A stretch of DNA of 64,000 bases from Phaeosaccion multiseriatum (lineage: Eukaryota > Protista > Ochrophyta, other classes): the NCBI GenBank assembly GCA_965112735.1, contig OZ218958.1:124001-188000 (forward strand), given 5' to 3'. Of this stretch, positions 34,073 through 56,170 are shown piece after piece. A model generated the notes under the pieces. That model ran no database searches and was not told the DNA's origin. It was given only the letters and a program-made list of their open reading frames with translations. Every line of letters begins with the position of its first letter. Position 1 is the first letter of the stretch. The translations under genes and the position numbers were made by a program.

Positions 34073-34681
34073 TATCACCCATCAACCACTGAAACTGCCG
34101 GACAAATGAATGTATCACCAACTACTGCTGCTGCTGCTGCTGCTGCTTTATCACCCATCAACCCACTGAAACTGCCGGACAAATGAATGTGTCATCAACT
34201 CGCCAAGGTGCTGCGTCCGCACTACGACGCCAATGTGGCTGCGGACTTCGAAGATCAGGACAGGGGAGGGCAGACGCTTGCCACCCTCATCGTCTATCTC
34301 AATGATGCGGAGGAGGGCGGGAGGGGCAAGACGAGGTTCGGCAAGCTCACGGAAGGAGGGGTGGGGGAGAGCAGGGGGGGCGAGGAGGGGGAGGGCCCGC
34401 TGGAGGTGGAGCCGAGGAGGGGTAGAGCGCTGCTCTTCTTTCCCGCCAACGAGAACGGCAAGTTCGACGGCAGGCTCGAACACGAGGGCTGTGAGGCGGG
34501 CCAGGTAAGAGCCGCTTCGGCACATGAGGCAAACGGGTAGGCACATCAGGCACCGCAGTTTGACTTGTGTCCTGTCCTCGTTGACTTATTAGCCCTGCCC
34601 TCTTATTAACAGGAGAAATGGATTGCGCGGATTTGGCGGCACCAAAGTGCCGTCGCTGCGCCTTACGGGCTGAGTGACTGA
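32160..34681 (+). CDS. Prolyl-4-hydroxylase-like 2OG-Fe(II) oxygenase, predicted plastid-targeted
   Basis: Signal peptide followed by ACA-FVP; motifs PDVFIVDDFLSPIECD, RTSTST, VIRYEPGQ, PHYD, TLIVYLNDAEEGG, ALLFF, EHEG, EKWIARIW. Exons ~32160-32480, 32675-32718, 33185-33381, 33822-33968, 34208-34504, 34613-34681. Confidence 0.85.
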
Positions 34682-35942
34682 ACTGAACAATAGGGGGGGG
34701 TCAGTCAGTCAGCCAGTCAGCCAGTCAGTCAGCCAGCCGATCGGGCATTTGACCCCTTGAAGGAAGGAAGGAAAGTCTCCTCTCTGCCCTTCCCCTTCGG
34801 TAGGGCAGGCAAGGCGATGGCGAAACACAGGAGGATGGCAAGGCGGTTTCATGCCAGCCCCTCCCTGCCTGGCTGGGGCGGCCATCCACTCGACAAGGCA
34901 AGTCGACCTCGAGTCCTCCTCGAACACATCCAACCCCCTTGATGAGGAGCGGGGAGGAGGTCGACGCGTGCCATCCACTGCCATCCACTGCCCGGATGCG
35001 TGGGGAGAGAGGGGAGCTTTCCCTCCACTATCCTCCAGCAATCCACTGCCATCCACTGCCATCCACCGCCATCCACGGCCATCCAGTGCCATCCTGTGCC
35101 TGCAAGTGGAGTCGAGCCATCGAGCCAAGTGCCACGAGCAAGCAACGGCCTCCCCCCCTGGGGATGGATGGATGAGGTGTCAGGGCCCTCTGAGCTTGTG
35201 CCTCGCGGCGGAGTGTCAGAGGTGTCAGGACCGACCAGTGACAAGCTTGGCCTCAGTCAGCACCAGCCAGTGATTGGTGTCAGTCATGAGTATTCGGTAT
35301 CAGTCAGTCAGTCAGTGAGTCAGTGAGTACTCGATGTCAGTCAGTCAGTCAGTCAGTCAGTCAGTCAGTCAGTCAGTACTCGATGTCAGTCAGTCCATCA
35401 GTACTCGATGTCAGTCAGTCGTCCGTCTCAAAGGACTTGAGATGATTTAATTGTATTGTTTTTTTCTTACTTCATAAAATGGAGTAGGGAGAGGGTCTTT
35501 ACTCCAATGGGCAGTCCTATGGGCAGTCCTATGGTACCGTCCCCACGGCCTATTATGATTCCCTTTCCTGCTTGAGCTCCTCCAAGGAAGGGCTCCTGTC
35601 TTGTGCTCTTCATTTGCTTGCCTTGTCCCTCTCCGGCCCCACCCTTCGCCATTCAACACAAAAGCACGCCTCATCATGACATTCATTCCCTCCCCGAGAC
35701 ATCAACGTGTATCGTTCGTGCCGCAGCAGGAAGCAGGAGGAGCCAATGAGCCCGTCCGTGTATCGCCACAAGTGGACACAAAAGTGGACACAAAAGTGGA
35801 CACAAAACGCCCACGCACACACGCGCCCCACGGCCCAGGCCCCTGCATCCACTGCCATCCCCTGCCATCCCCTGCCATCCCCTGCCGTCTCCCCGGAGCG
35901 CCCCTCGGCCCCTCCGTCGTCCATCATCTCCATCGGCGAAAG

Positions 35943-36015
35943 GGCCATACATAGGGTGCCATAGGCCATAGGGTGCCATAGGCCATAGGGTGCCATAGGC
36001 CATAGGGCGCCATAG
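35943..36015. repeat. 17-bp minisatellite GGGTGCCATAGGCCATA x ~4
   Basis: Directly visible. Confidence 0.85.
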
Positions 36016-36237
36016 GCGGGGCGGGGCACACAAGGGCATTCAATATGTCAGCAACTCAGACAACGACACCTCTTTGGAAAGCAAAGCTTACAAGCTTCTC
36101 TTGCTGTTCTGTTCCTCAAATCAGAAGCCGTCCGTCCGTTCACCCCTCCAGCCCCTCGCTTCAAACTCAAATTGGGTCTCCCCGTCGTCCGTCTTGGCCT
36201 ACTTGGGCCACCCCTACTTGGGCCACCCCTACTTGGG

Positions 36238-39200
36238 TCACCCCTTGCCACTGCTGATGCTGGAGCGCCCCCCGGACCCCCTCGAGAAGGAGAAAGTGCC
36301 TCCCGCCCCTGCTCCCCCTCCTGCCCCCACCGAAGAAGGCCGGGGGGGTGCACCACTGCTGCTGCTACCGCCCCTGTTACTGTGGCTGGATGACCAACTG
36401 CCATGGCTGTGCGTGGCGGCGTTGCTGGCCAGCTTCGCAGCTGCCCTCGCTGCAGTGCTGTACACAGCGTTTGCCCCATTCCCAGCACTGTGATGTCTGC
36501 CCCTCCGTCCGCCCCCCCGCCTCTGCTGGCCCCCCTGCCCCGATACCTGCCCACCCCCCCCGCCGCTCCCCGCCCCTGCCTGCCCCTTGCCTGTGCCCCT
36601 CTTGCCCAACAGTATGGTGCTAAGCCCCTCCATTTTTGCCTCGTCGGACTCTCTGAGCACGTCCATTCTCAACTTGCGCAGCTGGGCAGAGCTCCACCGC
36701 ACTCCACTGCCATCGGGCCGCTCCCCAGATGGCGACGACTGTGCCAACGGGTGGTGGTGGTGCTGCTGTATCACCAACTGTTGCATGTCTTTCCCCTTGT
36801 ACAAGGGGTGGCTATCGGGCAGCAGGGCCAGCACCTTGGGCGGGAGAAGCATGGCCCCCTTCTCAAAGTGAGGTGAGAGCAGACAGGACCGTAGACTATT
36901 CATACTTGCACTCGCTGCAGTGGTGCCTGTCTCGCTGTCGTTGCCTCCCTCCTTGCCCTTAGGGCCTTCTCCGAATGCTGTATCACCAACTGCTGCTGCT
37001 GCTGCTGCTGATGCATCACCACCTGAGGATGATGGCGTCGCCCTCAGGTCCTTCGCCGCTCCATGAGCTCTGCCCTGTTCCCCCTCCTCTCCCTCCCCTC
37101 CCTCCTCTCCCTTCTCCTGCCGTTTCCCCTGCTTGTCCTCCTTGTGCTGCTGCGCCGCTGCCGAAGGCGTCAGTGGTGGCCGTGGAGCACTGCTCTGCCC
37201 TCCGCTGCTGGCAGTCCCCTGACTGCTGCCACTCCCCTGGCTGCTCCCTTGGCCGTCCTTGTCCCCCCCCCTCCCGTCCCTCCCCTTCCGAATGAGCTTG
37301 GCGCCCTCCTCCTGGACGGCGGCTCGCCAATCCTCGAAGGTGATGCCCTTTCTCTGCACCTTGAGCAGTTCTACACACAGCCGAGTGTGGCTATCGGGGC
37401 CATCTGTGACTCTGCCCATAGGACTGCTGCTGCTGCTGCCTACGGCGATGGTGTGGTCGCCGTACGTGCAGCCCCCCGGGGGAGGCTCGGCTGTGAACCT
37501 GCAGAGAGGATTGGATAGGAGAGGGGAGAGGAGAGGAGGGGAGAGAGGGAGTAAGCAAGCAAGCCACATCGAGAGCCAGAGCCACATACACACAGTCGCC
37601 CGTTGGTGATACAGTGCGTGAGCATACGTGCCCATACGTAAGAAGCAGATGGCCAAGCAGAGGGGTGGGCAGGAAGGGATGCTCTTTCATACCCGACATG
37701 CCCAAAGCTTCCTCCCTTGGGGCTCAGTTCCACTCCTTCCCCTCCCTCCCTCCCTCCCTCCCTCCCTCCCTCCCTCCCTCCCTCCCCTCTCACCTCGGAG
37801 CTTCAGCGTTGCAGCATGGATACCTCCCCGTGGTAGAGCCCCCCCCCCCTGCTGCCCCCCCTGCCGCCCCTGCTCCCTCTGCCCCCCCTGCCCCCCCTTC
37901 CCCCCAGGCCGGGAATACGGGCTTCTCTGGGTGCGAGCGGCACTGCCCCACATCCCCGGCCGTGAACACCTCCCCACACTTTGTACATGTGTGCACCTGT
38001 ATCACCAACGGGCATAGAGGGCACAGAGGGCACAGGGGGCACAGGGCAGAGAAGCAAACAGTGGAGAGAGGAGAGGAGAGGAGTATTTAGGTAAGGCCAA
38101 GGTAAGGAAAAGTCGACTGTAAGTGGTAAGAATAGCAAGACTTGTTGTCTCGACATGAGGCAATGCAAGGCTCCTCTTCTCCCTCTTGTGTGCAGCTGCT
38201 TGTGTGATGCGAGGAGACGCTTCTCGACACCGATATCGACATTGGTTCGTCGGGGTCGATAAAAGTGAAACGGAAACCGAATCTGACTCTCTCTCCCACA
38301 CACCCAACCACCCACCCATACACACACACACACACCTGCGTGAGTCCCCAGAGGAACCAAAAGACGTCCGGCCAGCCCATTCCGCGGCGATGCAGTGCCG
38401 TGACGAGCGCCGTGAGGGACCAGGGGTGCAGTACCGAGTGGCGCCGCACCAGGCAGCCGCGGAAGTCAATGACGGGGGGCGCCAGGGGGCAGCTCATGCG
38501 GTCCAGGGCCTTCTCGGGGAACAGCTGCTGGCAGTGCCTGGGGGGGGGGGGAGGGGGAGGGGGGAGGGGGGAGGTTAGGGAAGGAGGGGAGACGGCCCAG
38601 CAGCAGCCGCGGGTACGCAGCGACACCGCTGACCAGTGAGAATGATTCGAGTGCCGTGACTGGAGTGCCGTGACTGGAGTGCCGTGACTCACTTGCAGCA
38701 GTAGATGGTGTTGCTGGGGGTGCGCTCTCTGAAGTCAAGCTCAATCCTCTTCTTGTGGATGCGGCTCAGGAGCTTGTCCTTGCCGTCCTTGCAGGCAGCG
38801 AGCTCCTAAGGGGGGGGGGGAAGGGGAGGGGAGGGGTGAGACACACACGCACACACGCACACACGCACACACGCACACACGCACACAGCGATGGGAGCGC
38901 TCTTTCTCGCCCGGTGACTCCTCCCTCCTTCCCTCTCTCCTCCCTCCCTCCCTCCCTCCCTCCCTCCCTCCTTCCCCTGCTGACCTGCAGCGTGGCCATC
39001 TTGGCAAGGCTGGCCACCATGTCGTCAGTGACACAAGAAAGGTCGATGGGCAGCTTCACCACCTCATTCAAGTGAGCGTTGACGAAGCGCAAACACTCGA
39101 GCACCAGGCGATCCATCTGCAGAAAGGCAGAGGAGATGAGGATGGATACCGCCGTGGAAACCTCCAGCAAAGGGCCGGCCTGCCCCTGCCCCTGCCCCTG

Positions 39201-40298
39201 CCCCAGGCCGTGCTGCTGTATCACCAACTTGTTCCCTAGCTGCTGCTTCTTCTTCTTCCTCTTCTTCTTCCCCTGCGGCAGAGGCTGTGACTTGTGCCTT
39301 CGCTCCTTGCGCCTCTTCCCCTTCCCCCCCTTGTCGCGCCGCGCCTTCTCACCCTTCCCCTTCTCCCCCCCTCCCCCTCCCCCCCCCCCCCCCCCCGCTC
39401 CCCGTGTATGTACTCGAAGAGCCACTCGAAGATGCGCACATCGCAATGTACCATGATATCAATCTCGTCGTAGTTGGTCCAGGCATCTCCCAAGTAACCA
39501 CGGAAGTACTTCATCTCCTTGAGCAGCAACGTTCTTTCGCAGTAAAAGTTCTTGGTGGTGCCCCTCGCTTCGTCGCACACGTGTATAGTCACCATCTGCC
39601 CACCTGTTCCGCCCTCCTTACCGCCCCCCTGCCTAGCCTCAGCTCTCTCTGCTCTCTCCTCCTCTCCCCCTGCTCCAGCTGTGCACCCCGTCGGCTGCAC
39701 CTCCCTCCCCCCTTCCCCCTCGTCCTCTTCGTCCGCCCCCCCCACCCCCTTCTTCCTCCCCTGCGGCCCGCACTCTATCTGCCCCTGTCCCCCTCCATCT
39801 TGCTCTGTCTGCCCCCCCCCTGCTGTGACCCTCCTCCTCCTCCCCTGGAGGCTCCCCTGTGCCGCCCCCCCTGCTGACGAGCGCCGGTGCGACAGACCCC
39901 GGGGGGACTCATGGTCTTGCTCGGCGAAGTGATTGGCGCTATTAGTGCCGTGGTTAGTGCCGCTATTATTGCCACTTTGTGCTGCCGGCCCTCTAGACCC
40001 GACCGACGACGCCCCGCTGCCCTGCTGCTGCTGCTGCTGCTGCTGCTGTATCACCAACTGCTGCGCTTGCTGTCTATGGAGTGCCCCCCCGCCCCTGCCT
40101 TGGCCTTGCTCCCTGCTGCTACCACCGTCCCCTCCTCTGCTGCTGTTACCAAGGCCAAGGCCGAGGTTCGTCCGCCCCGATGCATCCCGCTCGCCCCACC
40201 CCACTGTCTGGGGCCGCCGCTGGAGGTGGATGTGGTGCTGGGGCTCCTGAGAGGAGGACGATGCCGGCTGCATCATCTGGCCTTGGTCCTTCCGCTCT

Positions 40299-40341
<43 letters not shown>

Positions 40342-41134
40342 AACAGAGAGAGAGAGAGCAGTAGCAGCAGCAGCACGGGCAGTGGCCGGCAAGGAAGGAG
40401 GGTTAAGTCCGAGAGAGGGATGAGCAAGTCAAGGGAGGGAGAGGAGGGAGAGAAGAGTGACCAAGGCCCCTAGAGAATTACATTCGCGCTGGGCTCACCT
40501 GCAGCAGCGATGCCACCCCCCCCTCGATGGCGATGTGCATCCGCCTTGACTGTCGAGGGCCTGCGCGCGCTCCCAGGGCGTGTGGCCGTACCCGGGCGAT
40601 ACAGCCCCACTCCTCCCCCTACGCTGCTACCGCCGTTGCCCCTTTCCCTCTCCCCTCGGAAGGAATCGGCCCCTCCTCCGCCCCCGCCCCCCCCACCTCC
40701 TAAGCTTCCCTTGCGGCCCACAATAGGAGGAGGAGGCGCCACAGGCCCTGGCCTGCCTGCCACACTCGCCGCTCTGTCAAAGCTCTGTGCAGTGAAGCCC
40801 TTTCCGAAGGGTGCAACGCCCACCACTCCGCCTCCTACCTTGCTGCCGAAGGAGTTACTCCTGCCACCGCTACTTCCCCAGTTGGCTCCGCCACTCGAAC
40901 CATTGCCCCCGCCTACTGCGCTGCTCGCGATGCCCCCTCCTGATGATGCATTCACTGCCAAGCCCGAGCCCCGGAGAGACAGGTGCTTGCTCTTGCTTCT
41001 CAAGCGGTGTGTGGGAGACATGCTGAGGGAGGCAAGCACCGTGGTGGTACCGCTGCCGCCTCCCTGGGGCATGAGCGGCCAGTCCTCTCTGCTGGAGCCG
41101 GAACAAAGGGCCTCGACTTCTCGACTACTCGCTG
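36238..41134 (-). CDS. SANBR: SANBR/KIAA1841-like BTB (DUF3342) protein, spliced
   Basis: VTIHVCDEARGTTKNFYCERTLLLKEMKYF..IDIMVHCDVRIFEWLFEYIH, VSILISSAFLQMDRLV, NEVVKLPIDLSC, C-terminal Cys/His clusters (CTKC..CRSH..YPCC); start codon uncertain. Confidence 0.85.
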
Positions 41135-43114
41135 GCCCCCTGTCCTTTCTTTCGAAGGAAAAGCTACTGCAATACTGCCAATGTTTGTGTGAGCATTGGC
41201 AAGCCCCCTCACTCTGCGGCCCGCCCACACCTTCCTCCTAATCGTCCCCTAGAGTGATGAGTGAGAAGACCAGGCGTTTTTGATGGCACCAGACGGTTTT
41301 TTTGTGCCCCATCCGCCGCCGCCTGCGAGACAAAATACAAAATACAAAATAATGAAGAAGCTGGAACATCACTTGTTTCTTTTCTCAGCGCACAGGGCTC
41401 TGAGAATATCAGGACAAAGGCCAACATTAATGTCTTGCTTGGGACGATGAGACTTGGGCGCAAACTGCTGCTGCGGTACAACCAGCGACGGCTTCGAAAA
41501 CTGGCACTCACTCAAGCGGTAGTGCAGACTGAGCTTCCGAATATCGTCACAGCGTAGGAGGAGAGGTGGAAACAATTGCAGACAGCTGGACTTGAGCAAC
41601 CAGAAGGCCGTCATAGAAGATGCTTACATGGCTCGAGGAGGACGAGTCCGGCACACCACACAAGGAAGAAGTCAAACCGAGAAGCCACGGTTGGTTGGTG
41701 CAGCAATGAAATGAATTGATGAGGAATTGCCGCTCCCAGCGGAGCAGGAACAGAAGCGAAAGAATGAGATTGAGGGGAGGAAGAAGAAGAAGGGCTGCGA
41801 CATGTCTTCGAGCACGTAGACTCCCTTTCAGCAGGGCCCAGACGCCAAGCCGCCAGTCTGAAGTGGGAGGGTATTGACGTCCTCGTCTGCCCCTCCCACC
41901 TCTTCCCCAACATTGGAGAGGACCATCAGCAGCCTCTTTGCGCATAGCATGCATCCTCAACGTGTATGCAAGCTAAAGGCTGGGAGTCGCCGATGACGTG
42001 TATGCAAGCTAAAGGCTGGGATCGCCGCAGCGGGTTGTGTATGTCACCAGCCTCGAGGACGACTTTTTGTATGGTGGGCAGAAGGCATCGGTGTACAGAG
42101 CGGCTGCTTCTTCGAGGGTGTTCAGCGGTCCCTTCGGAGGGAAGTGGGCCCATCTGCAGCCGCCGTGGGACCTGTGGACAAGGCGTGGGTGCAGCAGTTT
42201 TTGCCCAGGGCACAGACTCTCGCGGCACCACAAGAGGACCACGACGCCATCGAGGGGCAAGAGCGAGCAGAGAACCCTGTTTCAGCTGCGGCTTCAGCTG
42301 CGGGGGAGGGTGGACACCACTTTGGCGAGGACTACTTTCGCGGAGGCACTGCGGAGGACACGGGGCGAGTGGCTGGCGGCGTGGGCTACACCCCCCTCCC
42401 GCTTTCGGGGATGGACTCCGCCACAGCAGGAGGCGGAAGAGGGGGGGCGAACCGGTCCAAGACGGGTCTTCTGTGTCCACCAACACCACCTTCCCACTGG
42501 GGTACAAATGCCGGGGAAGTAGTCAGCAGGGACGTCTGGCTGCCATGCCAGTTAGGCCAGCACAAGCAAGGAAGGCTGGCTGCACAGTAGCTTGTAGGCT
42601 TGTAGGATGGTGTGGTGTGCGGGGGGAGACTATCCGGACGGTATATCAGGGACAAGAGGAGAGAGGGAAGAACATTACAGGACAAGGCAGGGCAGAGCAG
42701 TGCTTGAGGGAGGAGGGAGGGAGGGAGGGATACGGGATAAAGCATCCTTCGCCCCCACTTATCATGTATCGCTGTTACTGTTGACATGTTGGTCATCTTC
42801 CACCTCGATCCCATTTGTGGTGTGGTGTGCGATGTTGATAAAAGGTCACATATATTGAAAACTGGAAATCTTCTTCCTTTCTCGTCCTCCTCCTCCTCTC
42901 CCTCTCTCGCTCTGAGGGTACCTAACTCGTCACCGCTCTGCCCATACGCCTTGACTCACAAAGCACCCCCTCACCCCCTCCCCCCCTCGTCCTGAGGAGC
43001 ACACCTTCACACCTTCAGACCTTACCCCCATACACTGCACTGCAGCGCTGGGGCGTGTGTGTGGGTATGTGTGGGTGCGAGCGTATGTGTGGGTGCGTGC
43101 GTGGCTCAGGCATC

Positions 43115-53068
<9,954 letters not shown>

Positions 53069-53521
53069 CCTGCTGCACCCTCCCTGTAATGCTACCCGGG
53101 CTACTGTAGGTATACCAGAGGGTCAGTCGGTGGGTGTTCCTCAGGGAACTTGTCCGGCTTTCTCCTGCCCTGCTGCTGCTGCTGCTGCTGTTGCTGCTGC
53201 TGCCGCCAGGCCTTCTGCCGGCACTATGCCCTTTGAAGCCCAATGCAGGCACAACGAGGACGGGGGAGCCGCTCTTCTCTTCTGAGCGTCCTCTTGCTGG
53301 GGGGGAAGCGTGGATGGAGGTATACCGGCAAAGATTACGTAATGACACCCTTTTTTTTCCTTCGCTTTTATTCACTTCTCCAGCTACGGGGGGACGAGGC
53401 AAGGCCTTACCCAGGGTGTGCTGGGGGGCACCCTCCTCTCTTCGCTGAGCCTCGGTTCCAGAGAGCGGCTGCTGAGAGGGGAAGGGTAGGAAGACCGACG
53501 TTTTTCAAATTCAAGCACACC

Positions 53522-53560
53522 ATGGCCATGAGGAGCAGCAGCAGCAGCAGCAGCAGTAGT

Positions 53561-53603
<43 letters not shown>

Positions 53604-56138
53604 GCGGTAGGGCCGTCGGCAATGGTGGTGGTGAGGAGAGAGGCCGCCGCAGTAGCAGACGCAGCATCAGCATCGGCAGCAGCAGCGCCAGCTTGAGTGG
53701 GGCCGTGACTGGCAATGGCACGGGGGGCGCAGGCAAGGGGAAGAAGCGAGCGCGACGACGGGTAGAAGCAGCGGAGAACCCGCCGTCACCGGTGTCGTCC
53801 TCTTCGACTTCCTCCTCTGCGTCGTCCACGTACCCTGACTCAGACCCGCCTCCTCGCCCTCCTCCTCGGCGGCGCTCGCTCATCACCAAAACATGCCCTT
53901 CTGGCGCCAAGGCAAGGCCGGTCAAGAAGCGCCCGAAGGCCTCCTCTCTTCCCGCTGCGGCGGCGGCTGCTGCAGCGGCTGCTACTAGTGCTGCTGCTGC
54001 ATCTCCAGCGGCTTCTGCTTCCGCCAGAGGTGCGAGAGGCGCTCCAAGACCGGGGACAGAGGCCTGGCCCGAGGAGCGCCCGGGCCTACTGCCCCCCCCT
54101 CGCATGGGGCGGAGGGGGCCGCTGGCCGTGTTCGGGGGCAGCACTGGGGGGAGTAGAGGGGGCGAACTTGATCCGGACCTGCTGCGAGAGAGGCGCAAGG
54201 GCTTACGGCAGTTCGCAGCGCTTTTTCAAGGGCCTTGCCTGAAGGAGGTAGAAGCAGCGGCAGCAGCCGCCGCAGCAGCAGAAGAGGGAGGGGGGGACAC
54301 TGACGTGCCGGAGGTGGTAGGCGTGGAGAAGAGCTACCTATGGCCGCTGCTGCACGAGCTCAAGAACCCCATCGAGCACATGCCGCTCTTCCCCACGCCA
54401 CACCGAGAGCAGCCACCAACCCAGCCAGTTGGTGATACAGCCGTTTCAGCCAACGTCCCGCAGGGGGCAGGGGCGAACGAAGAGGTCGGTGCGCGTTCCG
54501 AGGAGAGTGTGGGACGCGGCGAAAGGAGGTGGAGAGCGGTGCTGGAACGACGCTGGCAGCTCGTCCTTTTCGATGGCCTCAACCTCTCTTTCTCCTCTTT
54601 CTCTCCCTCTCTCGCTCGGCCTTACCTTCCTCCGTCTTCTCTCTCATTCTTCTCTCTACCCCTCCCCCCCCCCTTCACAAATGGCAGGCACGAAGTGGCA
54701 GTGTACCACCAACTCGTCCCTTCCCCCACCTGCAGGGACTTGCCCGTGTCAACGAGTACGTTCTGCCCAAGGACAAGGGCAAGGTGAGTGAGTGAGTGAG
54801 TCAGTGAGTGAGAGTGAGTGAGTGAGTGAGTGAGTGAGTGAGTGAGTGGGTGAGTGAGTGAGTGAGTGGGTGAATGAGTGAGTGAGTAAGTGAGTGAGTG
54901 AGTGAGTGAGTAAGTGAGTGACTAGATGGGTGACTATGTGAGTGAGTGAGTGAGTGAGTGAGTGAGTGAGTCAGTGAGTGAGTGAGTGAGTGAGTGAGTG
55001 AGTGAGTAAGTGAGTAAGTGAGTGAGTAAGTGAGTGAGTAAGTGAGTGACTATGTGAGTGACTATGTGAGTGAGTGAGTGAGTCAGTGAGTGAATGAGTG
55101 AATGAGTGAGTGAGTGCCCCCCCCCCTCCATCCACTGCCATCCCCTTAGACGCCCCTCTCCCCCCCCCCCTCCATCCACTGCCATCCCCAGGACAAGCCT
55201 ATCTACGATGTGTCGTTCTGCCCGCTGCCCGGCCTCGACTCCTTCCTCGCCACAGTGGCCAGCAATCGCGTACACGTGTATCGCGCTGAGCCGGGCACGG
55301 GCCTCTCTCTGGTAAGTCAGTGATTGGGTGCGTCCCATTTGCCTCGAAATCACCCCCCCTTTCTCCGTCCTTCCTCCTTCCTCCCCCCCCCTCGTGCCCA
55401 CCATACGCCTCTCACATGATCCTCTCCTCACTCCTGCATGCCTTCCCATGTGCCTCCACCCCCCCCTTACTATGCCCGTATGCCCCTAAATACCCTTCCT
55501 ATGCCCGTATGCCCCTAAATACCCATACTATACCCGTATGCCCCTAAATACTCTTACTATGCCCGTATGCCCCCAAATGCTCTTACTATACCCATATGCC
55601 CCTAGATGCCCTTACTATACCCGTATGCCCCTAAATGCCCTTACTATGCCCGTATGCCCCTAAATGCCCTTACTAGGTCCAATGCTACGAAGATGGCGAC
55701 GCAGACGAGTGGTTCTACGCCCTTGCTTGGGGCAGGGGCAGCGAGGGGGAGCCGATCCTCGCAGTGGCAGGGGCAAGGGGCACCATTAAACTCATCGACT
55801 GCTCCCTGCAGGGGCGGGTACGTGCGCCAGTTGGTTCTACGCCACTTGCTTGTTGCTCCCTCCCTCCGTACACACTCTCCTCCTCCCTCTTCCTTCCTCT
55901 CTCTCTCCGTACCTCTCTCTCTCTGTGCGTGTGTGCTATGTACCCTCTCTGCACTGCACCACGAGGGAGAGCGGCCGGACCCCTTTGCCATCACGATCGG
56001 ACTTACACCCTCCTCCTCCTCCTCCTCCTCCTCCTCCTCCTCCTCCTCCTCCTCCTCCTCCTCCTCCTCCTCCTCCTCCTCCTCCTCTCCTCCTCCTCCT
56101 CCTCCTCCTCCTCCTCCTCCTCCTCCTCCTCCTCCTCC

Positions 56139-56170
<32 letters not shown>

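Noticed and set aside
36074-36493. Plus-strand ORF with an apparent transmembrane segment
   Set aside because: Antisense shadow of the Ser/Gln-rich last exon of the SANBR-like gene
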